Assembly (NCBI GenBank): GCA_963777955.1
Contig: CAVZSQ010000022.1
Coordinates: 928,001 to 992,000 of the forward strand
Reading direction: 5' to 3'
DNA length: 64,000 nucleotides
DNA from: Calditrichia bacterium
GTDB lineage: Bacteria; Calditrichota; Calditrichia; JAJRVZ01
Shown here in pieces: positions 43,088 to 53,652 of this stretch (positions are counted from its first letter, which is position 1; the number at the start of each line of letters is the position of its first letter). The translations under genes and the position numbers were made by a program. Below the pieces are notes generated by a model, which saw nothing but the letters and a program-made list of their open reading frames with translations, did no database searches and had not been told where the DNA came from.

Positions 43088-44373
43088 TAGATCCACCCGC
43101 GGTCTTTGCAGGCCTGGGCTACGCGACTGATGGCGATGACGTAGGCCGCATCACGCATATACAATTTGCGGGATTTGGCCAGGTCGGAAACGGCATGGAA
43201 CGCTGCGGTCATTACCGTATCCAGGCGCTGTAGAACCTCATTTTTTTCCCAGTAGTAATTCATATTGCTCTGCACCTGCTCGAAATAACTGCAGGTCACT
43301 CCGCCGGCATTGGCCAGGAAATCGGGGATGACAAATATGTTATTTTTTTCCAGGATCTTATCGGCTTCAGGGGTGGTAGGACCATTGGCACCTTCGGCAA
43401 TAATACGCACTTTTTTATGGAGCCTACCGACATTTTCACCGGTAATCTGATTTTCAATTGCAGCCGGCATGAGAATATCGACTTCCTGTTCAAGCCAGGC
43501 TTCAGCAGGTAAAATTTCATAACCCAGTTCCCTGGCTTTGGTTTTATTGATCCCGCCAAAGCGGTCGGTAATTCCACGCAACTCGTCCAGTTTAATTCCG
43601 CTTTTGCGGCGGTAGGTATAGGAGGTCTGGTCGGTCTGATCCCAGCAGGCCACACATAACGTATTGCCCCCCAATTTTTCGAATAATTCGATGGCATACT
43701 GGGCCACATTACCGAATCCCTGCACGCTGGCAGTGGTGTTTTCCGGTTTTATACCCATATTTTTGAGGGCTTCCCGTAATGTAAAGACCAGACCATAACC
43801 GGTGGCTTCGGTGCGGCCTTGCGAACCACCCATTCCTACCGGTTTTCCGGTGATCAGACCCGGATATTTAGCACCGTGGATTATTTCATACTCATCGAGC
43901 ATCCATAACATATGCTGGGCATTGGTCATCACATCCGGCGCAGGCACATCCTGTAAAGGACCCACATTGCGGGCCAGTTGACGAATCCAACCGCGGCAAA
44001 TCAATTCCTGTTCACGTTGACTGAGATTATGGGGATCACAGATCACGCCCCCTTTTCCGCCGCCGAGAGGGATATCTACTACGGCACATTTCCAGGTCAT
44101 CCAGGTGGCCAGGGCGCGAACTGTATCAATCGTTTCATGAGGATGGAAACGGATACCCCCTTTACTGGGGCCCCGGGCATCATTATGCTGGACCCGGAAT
44201 CCGCGGAAGACCTTGACTTTGCCGTCATCCATCCGTACCGGTATGGAAAATTGAAATTCACGCATCGGATTGCGCAACAATTCTCTGGCTGCAGGATCAA
44301 GGTTTATCTGATCAGCTACTTTATCAAACTGAGCCTGAGCCATTTCAAAAGGATTAAAAGACTTTCCTTGCAT
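43087..44373 (-). CDS. gdhA: Glu/Leu/Phe/Val dehydrogenase, most likely glutamate dehydrogenase
   Basis: RGPSKGGIRFHP, MTWK, GGGKGG, DVPAPD, ITGKP, RTEATG, QGFGNV, AEGANGP, NAGGV.CSYFE. Confidence 0.93.
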   Translation of the reverse strand: MQGKSFNPFEMAQAQFDKVADQINLDPAARELLRNPMREFQFSIPVRMDDGKVKVFRGFRVQHNDARGPSKGGIRFHPHETIDTVRALATWMTWKCAVVDIPLGGGKGGVICDPHNLSQREQELICRGWIRQLARNVGPLQDVPAPDVMTNAQHMLWMLDEYEIIHGAKYPGLITGKPVGMGGSQGRTEATGYGLVFTLREALKNMGIKPENTTASVQGFGNVAQYAIELFEKLGGNTLCVACWDQTDQTSYTYRRKSGIKLDELRGITDRFGGINKTKARELGYEILPAEAWLEQEVDILMPAAIENQITGENVGRLHKKVRIIAEGANGPTTPEADKILEKNNIFVIPDFLANAGGVTCSYFEQVQSNMNYYWEKNEVLQRLDTVMTAAFHAVSDLAKSRKLYMRDAAYVIAISRVAQACKDRGWI

Positions 44374-44479
44374 ATCAAAATATCCTTTCTACTCTATTAT
44401 AGAGATAACTTTATTTATAGCCTAAATGTAAAAAATAAAATCAAATTACTCAAAGGGTCTTTTGACTCATCCCCCAATT

Positions 44480-44550
44480 ACCTATCCCCCATCCCCCTTC
44501 CCTTATGTATAAGGGAAGGGGGTTAAGGGAAGGGGACCGGGGGAATGGGT
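44480..44550. repeat. C-rich/G-rich palindromic repeat
   Basis: cccccttcccttatgtataagggaaggggg with outer ccccc/ggggg arms. Confidence 0.7.
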
Positions 44551-44636
44551 CATGGTTATTTCTTAAAAAAATGTAGAATTAGTAAAAAAAAATTGCGAAA
44601 TTGACCAAAATTTTATCAACCGAAGGGATTTACTAA

Positions 44637-45221
44637 ATGACCTATACTACCTATGCCGATATTTTTCGTCCAGGTGTGACGAGGAATGCACCCGTTGCCC
44701 GCATTTATGATTTTGTTCTAATCGTTGCTGCCTCAGTTTTTATCGCCCTGTGTGCTCAGATTGCTATCCCGCTGCCCTATAGTCCGGTCCCGATTACCGG
44801 CCAGACCCTGGCAGTATTATTGACCGGTATTTTACTCGGCAGCAAGCGGGGAAGTGCAGCCGTTGTGGCCTACTGTGCCGAAGGTGCAGCAGGGCTCCCG
44901 GTATTTGCCGGCGGCGGTTTTGGAATACAACATTTTATCGGACCGACCGGTGGATATTTAGCCGGATTCATACTGGCTGCTTATGCCTGCGGTTATCTGG
45001 CAGAGAGAGGCTGGGATCGTACTTTCATACTGACCTTACTTACCATGATCACCGGTAAAGTGATTATATATACCTGCGGCTTGCTCTGGTTGGCAAAATG
45101 GGTGGGATTTAATCAGGTACTGATCATGGGTTTATATCCGTTCATACCCGGAATGTTGATAAAAATTGCCTTGGCCACCGTATTGTTGCCGCTGGGCTGG
45201 AAGTTTTTGGGTGTAAAATAA
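44637..45221 (+). CDS. bioY: Biotin ECF transporter S component BioY
   Basis: PVPITGQTLAV, GLPVFAGG, GPTGGYL.GF, PFIPG. Confidence 0.92.
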   Translation: MTYTTYADIFRPGVTRNAPVARIYDFVLIVAASVFIALCAQIAIPLPYSPVPITGQTLAVLLTGILLGSKRGSAAVVAYCAEGAAGLPVFAGGGFGIQHFIGPTGGYLAGFILAAYACGYLAERGWDRTFILTLLTMITGKVIIYTCGLLWLAKWVGFNQVLIMGLYPFIPGMLIKIALATVLLPLGWKFLGVK

Positions 45222-45306
45222 CCACCTCCGAGGTTGATTTCTCACCTTCGAGGTCACTCTTAATATTTCGTCACAGATGTTGCTACCAGAACCTCGGAGG
45301 TGGTTA
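45219..45306. repeat. 17-bp perfect inverted repeat (CACCTCCGAGGT family) between convergent genes
   Basis: taaccacctccgaggtt ... aacctcggaggtggtta with an internal caccttcgaggt copy. Confidence 0.8.
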
Positions 45307-45312
45307 ATATCA

Positions 45313-46119
45313 TCACAGAAAGAATTTTACCGCTTTATACCCCATAAAAATACCAAGCAGGATCAAGGCGAAACCCAGCGATTTTATAATACCCTGAAGA
45401 ACAGCAAGATTCAATTTAGCCCGGTGCTTAACCAGGAAACGTGCATAACCGGAAAGATACACCAAACTGCCCAGAGAAACAGCCAGAGCAAACGTGGCGC
45501 TTAAACTCAGTTTGGATAGATTGGAAATATTGTCATCCTTATTGGCGGATTCCACTTCCGGCTGGACCGGAGTTTGAACCTTATCCTCGGAATAGGTTTC
45601 TTCCATCTTTTCTAATTCTTTCACTGTCGCCCCCAACCGTTTATCGAATCCGGAAGTGGACAGGCCCAGAGATGAAAGCGAAGAAAGAATTAAAAAACTG
45701 GTAATCAACCAGCTGAACATTACGGATGGATTGGTAAGATTAATCAGCAGACCGGTACGCAAGCCGCCTTTATTTTTTAATTTATCGGATACAATACCAC
45801 TGTCATCCACATGGCTGATATCCAGTTTGGTGTAAATAATTTTAACTCCGGTAACCAGCAGTACGATCGTTCCGATAATCAATAAATAAGGGATGAAAGG
45901 TTGATAGAATGCAAAGAGGGCTGACACACCATAGACCACGATAAATACATAGAAAAACTCACTGATCGCTGCCCCTAATGCTGTGCGGGTACAAAAACGC
46001 AATCGTCCGCGCAGGGCATTGGAAGTGATCAGGATTCCGATCGGTCCGACAATCGGCATGGAAAGAACAAAGCCGGCCAGAAAACCGGCAATGGAAAAAA
46101 TAAAATAACTCAACCACAT
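45313..46119 (-). CDS. LysE family translocator
   Basis: SMPIVGPIG, GLLINLTNP, TM pattern. Confidence 0.8.
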   Translation of the reverse strand: MWLSYFIFSIAGFLAGFVLSMPIVGPIGILITSNALRGRLRFCTRTALGAAISEFFYVFIVVYGVSALFAFYQPFIPYLLIIGTIVLLVTGVKIIYTKLDISHVDDSGIVSDKLKNKGGLRTGLLINLTNPSVMFSWLITSFLILSSLSSLGLSTSGFDKRLGATVKELEKMEETYSEDKVQTPVQPEVESANKDDNISNLSKLSLSATFALAVSLGSLVYLSGYARFLVKHRAKLNLAVLQGIIKSLGFALILLGIFMGYKAVKFFL

Positions 46120-46297
46120 CTTTAGCTGAAATATACTCTTATTTTATACGCATTATATGACTATATTTAAATATAATATTTCTGATAAGAAAAGTCATTA
46201 AAGATAATTTATATTTTTAATTCAGTTTGATTATTAGTACTATATTTTAGATGAATATAAATTGAAGGCATATTGATTTTATTGCGGAGAAGAGGAG

Positions 46298-47305
46298 ATG
46301 GCCAAAAAAATATATCTACCGCCGATTTTAAGTTACCTGATCGGCGCAGCCTGTGTGGTGCTCATCATCGCCGGTTTTAAACTGGCGGCACCGCTGGTAA
46401 ACCTGATCCTGATTTCCCTGCTGCTGGCTTTTTCGATCAGCCCTATCCAGAATTGGCTGATTAAAAAGCGATTCCCCAAAGGCCTGGCGGTATTTCTAAC
46501 GGTTCTGCTGATACTGATCGGCGGATCAGGGCTGATCTCGATACTGGCCGTTTCTGTAGCGGGACTGATTGATAGATTGCCAAGTTATGAAGCCAGTCTG
46601 ACCAGTTTATGGAATACCATCAATTCTTTTTTCAGCAGCCAGGGCATAAATATTTCCGGTTTATTGTCCCTGCAGGAATTCGAACCAAAGCAGGTGATTG
46701 CCTTTGCCGGCAATCTACTGGGAGTTATACTGCAGGGATTAAGTAATAGTTTTCTGGTGGTGATTGTCATAGTATTTGTATTGATTGAACTGGCAGCACT
46801 GCAGTTCCGTAATTTTAAAGGCAAAACTCCAAGTACTGAATTTCAGGACCGGATAAATCAAGCCGTGGGTGATGTGGGTAAATATATCTCCATCACCGGC
46901 TGGAATGGATTTTTGAATGCCATGGTGAATTATATTTATCTGCTGATCCTGGGTGTCGATTTTGCCCTGACCTGGGCCGTAATCAGTTTTCTGTTTAATT
47001 TTATTCCAAATATCGGATTTGTCATGGCCGTGATCGCTCCGGCGACGATTGCCCTGCTTGAATATGGCTGGCTGCGGGCCTTACTTGTCGTTGCCGGTTA
47101 TGTTCTGTTTAATTTCATTGCTGAAAACGTTTTCAAACCGCGGACCATGAAGGCAGGTCTGGATATATCTCCCCTGATGACAGTACTATCGGTGGTATTC
47201 TGGAGTTGGGTTCTGGGTGCTGCCGGTACTATTCTCGCCGTGCCGCTGACCATCACTTTGCAGAAACTGGTCAAAGAACAAATGAGTCAAAGTGAAGCAG
47301 CCTGA
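46298..47305 (+). CDS. AI-2E family transporter
   Basis: FLFNFIPNIG, ENVFKPR, LSVVFWSWVLG..G.ILAVPLT. Confidence 0.9.
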   Translation: MAKKIYLPPILSYLIGAACVVLIIAGFKLAAPLVNLILISLLLAFSISPIQNWLIKKRFPKGLAVFLTVLLILIGGSGLISILAVSVAGLIDRLPSYEASLTSLWNTINSFFSSQGINISGLLSLQEFEPKQVIAFAGNLLGVILQGLSNSFLVVIVIVFVLIELAALQFRNFKGKTPSTEFQDRINQAVGDVGKYISITGWNGFLNAMVNYIYLLILGVDFALTWAVISFLFNFIPNIGFVMAVIAPATIALLEYGWLRALLVVAGYVLFNFIAENVFKPRTMKAGLDISPLMTVLSVVFWSWVLGAAGTILAVPLTITLQKLVKEQMSQSEAA

Positions 47306-47340
47306 GTCAGGAAAGACCGGGCGCTGGTACGATTTTATAA

Positions 47341-49312
47341 ATGAAAGTATTATACAACACACCCGCCATACTTCTGCTGATCCTGATCAATATCAGCACT
47401 GTAACTTTGGTACGGGCACAGGAACACATAGGCCGGATCCAACGGGCCGATACGGTCCGGGTTCAGGCAGGAAGTATCATCTGGATTGCCGATTCTACTT
47501 TTATGGTGCTGAAAGACACGACGCTGGTATTTCCGTATACCAAGGTCTACCGGATTGAAACGAGTCCTTACGCCAGGTCTGATTCTTTTTATAAATCGAT
47601 TCGCACACGGGCGGATAAAAATTTTTTTACCAGAACACTGGGTGACCTGGTTCTGATCCCGGATGACCGGCGCCGGCGTCAAAGATCTGCGCCGTACAGA
47701 TACCGTGGATTTTCGCACCAGTGTGGAATATTTTATACCCTATACCGGTAAACGTCTGTCCCAAATCAGGTTTAAACAGGTCGATATTCTAGCCGGTTCG
47801 GTCTGGGATACCTCACTCGTCTCCGGTTCATTTGTAAGTAATACTCTTAATGCTCTGCATACTAAAACCAGGGACCAGGTTGTCGCCGATAACCTGCTTT
47901 TTCAATCAGGCGATTCTCTCCAGCCAAACGATCTGGCCGATACGGAACGGATCCTGCGTGCGTTGCCTTCAATCGAGGATGCGAGGATATATGTATCACC
48001 TGCTGCCCGGGATTCGGATGCCGTCGATCTGCTGATCGTGACCCAGGACCGTTTTTCCTGGGGACTGGGGATGACAGTGCTGACAGCCGACAAGTACAGG
48101 TTGCGTTTAATCAACCGCAATGTGCTGGGCTGGGGCGCAGAATTAAATTATGCAATGCTGTATGACCGGCAGGCACATCCGCTGCTGGCCCATGATTTCA
48201 AGTACAATGTATATAATATCAGGGGTAGTTTTATTTCCAGCGTGTTTAACTATATTTATTCGCAAAAAAGGCAGTCGTTCTGGCTGTCTTTTAACCGTCC
48301 ATTCATCTCGCCGCATATTTCCTACATCGGCAGTCTGGATCTGGGCAGTGTCAGAAATTTAATGACTTTTAATAACGAGGGGATCAGTATCAGTGAGTAT
48401 GTTAAAGTATTTAATCAGGACCTCTGGATCGGTCGGATTTTTACACTTGGTAAACCACAGGAACGTAACAACCTGATTCTTTCCGGCCGGGTAAGCCGGA
48501 CCCGTTTCAGTGAACGCCCCGGGATAGAGGTTGTGAATACTTATCTATATAATAATACCTTGCTGCTCGGCCGCCTCTCCCTGGCTCAGATCAAGTATTT
48601 TAAAAGCAGGATGATCTATTCTTTCGGCCGGACAGAAGACGTGCCCTATGGTCTGCTGATCCAGGGTACTTCGGGATATGAAGTCGGTGAATTGCAGAAC
48701 AGATACTACTTCGGTTCCGACTTTTCCTGGGCCAACACTATAGGTCATTTGGGCTACCTGGGACTATCTGCAGAATTTGGTATCTTCAGGCATGCAAAAG
48801 ATTTTGAACAGGGGGTACTTAACCTGCAGCTGCTGTATTTCAGTCCCCTGCTGGAATTGCGCCGTTTTAACATCCGCCAGATAATTAAAATGGCTTTTAC
48901 TAATGGGATCAATCGTTCAACCCTTGAAACAATCAATCTTAAAGATAAGTTGAAAGGCTTTTCCAAAAGCGAACCGGCCGGAAGAGGCAATTTGATCGTA
49001 AATCTTGAAACAGTAACATTTGCTCCCTGGTATTTCTATGGTTTTAAATTTGCCTTGTTTACCTACGCTGATTTTGCATTATTGTCAGAACGATCGGTTT
49101 TTACTTCCCGGACTGAACTCTATTCAACGGTTGGTCTGGGCTGCCGTTTCAAAAATGAAAGTTTGGTTTTTAAAACCTTGAACTTGCGGATTGGTTATTT
49201 TATTCGTAATCCCCTGGGCTCAGGGCCATGGGGTTTTGAGATCAGCGATGATGGATCAGAAATTTCCCAGGGATTACTGGGATTAAAACCGGCCGTCCCG
49301 CAGTATAAATGA
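47341..49312 (+). CDS. POTRA-like/Omp85-type outer-membrane protein (frameshift ~47662)
   Basis: Signal peptide; LH.KTR..V..NLLF..GD, ERILRALP.IEDA, NVLGWG, FGRTEDVP, GLG.R..NE.L. Confidence 0.65.
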
Positions 49313-49333
49313 GCAGAAGCGTGGAGAATCCGG

Positions 49334-49789
49334 ATGAAAAATTTAAAAATACTCCTGACAGTCATATTGACCTCAGCAGGCCTGGGTGTGCTTTTTGCCC
49401 AGGATGGAAGTGAACCTGCCCTGCCCAGGGGCGATCTATACGTAGTAATAACTGGCTATCCAAGCACACAGGGGACGATAAAGATTGCGCTCTTTGGTTC
49501 CGAAAGGAGTTATCAATCCAACATTTCTCCCCTGCGGGGTGACTCGGTACAGGTTGAAGCGCAGCGGACATTGGTTCCATTCGAAGATATATCATATGGT
49601 GATTACGCTGTCAAGGTATATCACGATCAGAATAACGACGGGAAATTAAATACTAATTTTATGGGTAGGCCTACGGAATTTTATGGTTTTTCCAATAATG
49701 TCCGCGGGATATTTGGCCCCGCTTCCTGGTCGGCCGCAAAATTCAAATTTGCGGCAGTGAGAGACAGTATTCATATTGTTTTAAAATAA
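49334..49789 (+). CDS. DUF2141 domain protein
   Basis: GDYAV..YHD.NNDGKLNTNFMG.P.E.YGFSNN. Confidence 0.88.
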   Translation: MKNLKILLTVILTSAGLGVLFAQDGSEPALPRGDLYVVITGYPSTQGTIKIALFGSERSYQSNISPLRGDSVQVEAQRTLVPFEDISYGDYAVKVYHDQNNDGKLNTNFMGRPTEFYGFSNNVRGIFGPASWSAAKFKFAAVRDSIHIVLK

Positions 49790-49801
49790 GGGTAAAATCT
49801 G

Positions 49802-51401
49802 ATGAATCCGCAGCAGAATTATGATGTTATCGTTATCGGTTCCGGGATAGGTGGATTGACCTGTGCCAGTATCCTGGCCCAAATCGGGGGGAAAAAGGTA
49901 CTGGTTATAGAGAGACATTCCAAAGCCGGAGGATTTACCCATACCTTTAAACGTGAGACGAAATACGAATGGGATGTGGGCTTGCATTATGTGGGGCAAA
50001 TGCAAAAAGGTTCTCCCGTCCGAGCTCTATTTGATCTGATCACTTCCGGCCAGGTGAAATGGAACCGCATGCCGGATCCGTATGATGTTTTTATTTATCC
50101 TGATTTCAAGTTCGGGGCCCGTTCCGGCCGGACTAATCTAGAACAGGACCTGGTAGCCCGTTTTCCGCAGGAAGAACAGGCCATAAAAAAATATTTTAAT
50201 GATCTGAACAGGCTGAGTGCCTGGTCGTCCCGTTTTGTGCTTGGCGAGCACCCTGCCCGGTTGGCTGCATTTTATTTCTCCTGTGTTTACTGCCAGAGGA
50301 TCAGATCTGGCAGCACAAACGACGGGTGAGTACCTGCTGCGCAACATCAATGATCCGCACCTGCGGGCGGTCCTGGTCTCACAATGGGGAGATTATGGCT
50401 TACCGCCGGTCAGCAGTTCACTGGTAGTTCATGCTGCAATTGTCAATCATTATCTGGATGGCGGTTATTATCCGGCCGGAGGCTCAAAAACGATTGCCGA
50501 TTCAATTATTCCGGTTATTGAACAGGCCGGCGGCCGGGTGCTGCTCAATCATCAGGTGACCGGAATTCTGATTCAAGACAAGCGGGCAACAGGTGTTACT
50601 GCTATAAAGAGAAAAAGTGATGACAGCACTGAGCAAATATTTTTGGCCGCACAGGTGGTTTCGGATGCAGGAGCCTGGATAACCTATGGACAACTTCTGC
50701 CTGATAGATATCAACATCCCTTCGTTAAACAGGTGAAGAATTATCCGGGAGGTGTTGCCAATGTCACTTTGTATGTCGGATTCAAAGAGGATCCGCGCGG
50801 GATTTTACCTGTTCAGGGTGAAAATTATTGGATTTATGATGGATACGATCATGATGATTTGTACGAGCGGCGGAATGCATTACTAAAGGGGGAAGCCCGG
50901 GCGGCATTTCTTTCATTTCCTTCACTGAAAAGGGGGGAGGTACAAAGCCATACTGCTGAAATTATGTCCTTTGTGGATTATGAACCGTTTAAACGCTGGG
51001 CCGACCAGCCGTTAAAAAAACGGGATCAGGAGTATCAGCAACTTAAAGAGAAAATATCACAGGCGCTGCTCGACCTGGTAGAAAAACACCTGTCGGGATT
51101 TAAGCAGCAGGTGGCTTACTATGAGTTATCCACTCCTTTAAGTACCGAGTATTATACCGGTTTTCCCGAAGGTAATATTTACGGCATCCCGGCCACACCG
51201 TCCAGGTATAGGCAGAAATGGATCGGCCCGCGGACACCGTTAAAAGGATTATTTCTGACCGGTACGGATGCTGTGGGACACGGGATTGTCGGAGCCCTGC
51301 TGGGTGGGGTGGTGACAGCAGCGTTGATACTGGGTCTGCCATGGAGTATGATCAAGATATTCAGAACTGCTCTCAAATACAGCAAGAATTTACCGGAATG
51401 A
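49802..51401 (+). CDS. Phytoene desaturase / all-trans-retinol 13,14-reductase-like FAD oxidoreductase (frameshift ~50240)
   Basis: VIGSGIGGL, GGFTHTF, WDVGLHYVG, GGYYPAGGS, LSTPLS, LFLTG.D..HGIVGAL. Confidence 0.8.
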
Positions 51402-51440
51402 ACCTGCAATAGTACCAGGGCAGTCAAAAGGAAAGGGGAT

Positions 51441-52073
51441 ATGCGAGTTATCGATTTAAGTCATTTGATTACGGAGAATATGCCGGTATACCCGGGGACA
51501 GCAAGCCCCGGCATTGTCAGCAACAGTTCGGTGCTTGCCGATGGTTATGCCGAAAAGCAATTGCACCTGCATACTCATACCGGGACGCATGTGGACAGTC
51601 CGGCGCATATGATCAGTGCTGGAATTACCCTGGATAACCTGCCGCCGGATAAATTTATGGGTGCGGCCCTGCTGTTGGATTGCCAGGGAGTGAAAGTGCT
51701 GGACCAAAAGTTCCTGAAACCATTTCAAAACCGGATACTGGAATGTGAATTTGTAATTTTAAACACGGGCTGGTCTAAGTACTGGGGACAGGCAAAATAT
51801 TATCAGGATTTCCCTGTGCTGACCCCGGAGGCGGCACAGGTATTGAGCGGATTTAATTTAAAAGGAATTGGAATTGACTGCAGTTCCGTTGACGCTGTCG
51901 GTTCGAAAACCTTTCCTATTCATAAAACATTCTTTAATAAAAACCTCCTGATCATTGAAAATCTTACTGATTTAGATCAAATCAAAGCAGACAAGTTCAC
52001 CTTCTGTTGTTTTCCGCTGAAAATTCATCAGGCCGATGGATCGCCGGTCCGGGCTGTGGCTATAGTAGGTTAA
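51441..52073 (+). CDS. Cyclase family metal-dependent hydrolase (kynurenine formamidase-like)
   Basis: DLSH, MPVYPG, HTGTHVDSPAH, IGID, IIENL, DGSPVRAVA. Confidence 0.9.
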   Translation: MRVIDLSHLITENMPVYPGTASPGIVSNSSVLADGYAEKQLHLHTHTGTHVDSPAHMISAGITLDNLPPDKFMGAALLLDCQGVKVLDQKFLKPFQNRILECEFVILNTGWSKYWGQAKYYQDFPVLTPEAAQVLSGFNLKGIGIDCSSVDAVGSKTFPIHKTFFNKNLLIIENLTDLDQIKADKFTFCCFPLKIHQADGSPVRAVAIVG

Positions 52074-52148
52074 AGGGAAAAGGTCAAAGGCAAAAGGTTA
52101 ATGGAAAAAGATTTTACCTTTAACCTTTAACCTTTGGCCTCTTACCTA
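52067..52148. repeat. Inverted tandem 7-mer array
   Basis: aggttaa agggaaa aggtcaa aggcaaa aggttaa / ttttacc tttaacc tttaacc tttggcc. Confidence 0.75.
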
Positions 52149-52231
52149 AGTTTTCTATTTTTTCATTCAATGTATTGCCTAAAGATGTTAAATTAGACTT
52201 TATTGAATAATAAACAGAACAGGGAGTCAGA

Positions 52232-53489
52232 ATGGTTAATCATGAAGTAAAAGATTTAAAATTGGCAGCCGAAGGCAAGCGGCGCATTGAATGGGCTGAT
52301 GGCGATATGCCGGTACTGAAGAAAATCAAAGAGCGGTTTAGCAAAGAAAAACCGCTCAAAGGTAAGAAATTATCGGCCTGTCTGCATGTTACATCCGAAA
52401 CCGCCAATCTGATGCGTACTTTACAGGCCGGCGGAGCAGAAATAATACTGGTGGCGTCCAATCCGCTCAGTACTCAGGATGATGTGGCCGCCGCCCTGGT
52501 GGCCGAATATGGTGTGTCGACCTATGCTGTCAAAGGCGAAGATCATCAGACTTATTACAATCATATCCATATTGCCTTAAAACAGGATCCCGCGATAACA
52601 ATGGATGATGGTGCCGATCTGGTTTCAACCATGCATGCGGATTATCCCGCCAAGTGTACGCAGGTCATTTGTTCCATGGAAGAGACTACCACCGGTGTGA
52701 TCCGTCTGCGGGCTATGGCTAAAGATAAAGCCCTGCGTATTCCGGTAATCGCGGTCAATGATGCTGAAACTAAATATTTGTTTGACAACCGTTATGGTAC
52801 CGGTCAGTCTACGGTGGATGGTATCATTCGGGCTTCTGATTTTCTGGTGGCCGGAAAAAAGATCGTGATTGCCGGTTACGGCTGGTGTGGTAAGGGATTT
52901 GCTATGCGCATGCGCGGCATGGGCGGCAATATCATTGTCACCGAGGTAAATCCAATTCGTGCATTGGAAGCAGACTATGGACGGTTTCTCAGTCATGCCC
53001 ATGGTGGAAGCAGCAAAGATTGGCGATCTGTTTTGTACCCTGACCGGTGATATTCATGTTCTGCGCCAGGAACATTTTGCCGTGATGAAGAACGGTGCGA
53101 TCGTAGCCAATTCCGGTCATTTCAATGTGGAAATTAATATTCAGGAATTGGAAGCCATGGCGGTCAAAAAGACCAGGGGTGTGCGCAATTTTATCGATGA
53201 GTATGAAATGAAAAACGGGTGCAAGATCTATTTATTGGCTGAGGGACGTCTGATTAATCTGGCGGCCGCAGAAGGGCATCCGGCCAGCGTGATGGACATG
53301 AGTTTTGCCACGCAGGCTCTGGCTACCGAGTATGCCCTTAAAAATAGACTGGAAATAGGGGTATATAATGTTCCGCGTGAGATAGAACAATGGATCGCTA
53401 TAGCTAAACTGGAATCCATGGGTGTGCAAATTGATCAACTCACGGCTGAACAGAAGGCCTATCTGACTTCCTGGGAAATGGGCACCTGA
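52232..53489 (+). CDS. ahcY: Adenosylhomocysteinase (frameshift ~52973)
   Basis: [66 protein letters not shown]. Confidence 0.95.
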
Positions 53490-53581
53490 GCTATTTAATT
53501 TTACCCTAAAGTCGGAATGACAGTTCCTGCTTGTCATTTCTCCTGCCCGGTTTAATAATAAATGTTTACTTTGCTAAAAGC

Positions 53582-53625
53582 TTGACCTGCATATTATTAT
53601 CAATTATATTTGAACATATGTTCAA
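53582..53625 (+). promoter_or_regulatory. Sigma70 promoter with ArsR/SmtB-type operator
   Basis: TTGACC-17-TATATT overlapped by perfect palindrome TTGAACATATGTTCAA (53610-53625). Confidence 0.75.
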
Positions 53626-53652
53626 TTATTAACTATATCAGGACGAAGGTAT

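Noticed and set aside
44590..44636. BirA operator upstream of bioY
   Set aside because: tatcaacc-gaag-ggatttac has poor symmetry and too short a spacer.
52150..52231. SAH/SAM riboswitch before ahcY
   Set aside because: Short AT-rich leader with no conserved aptamer elements that I could recognise.
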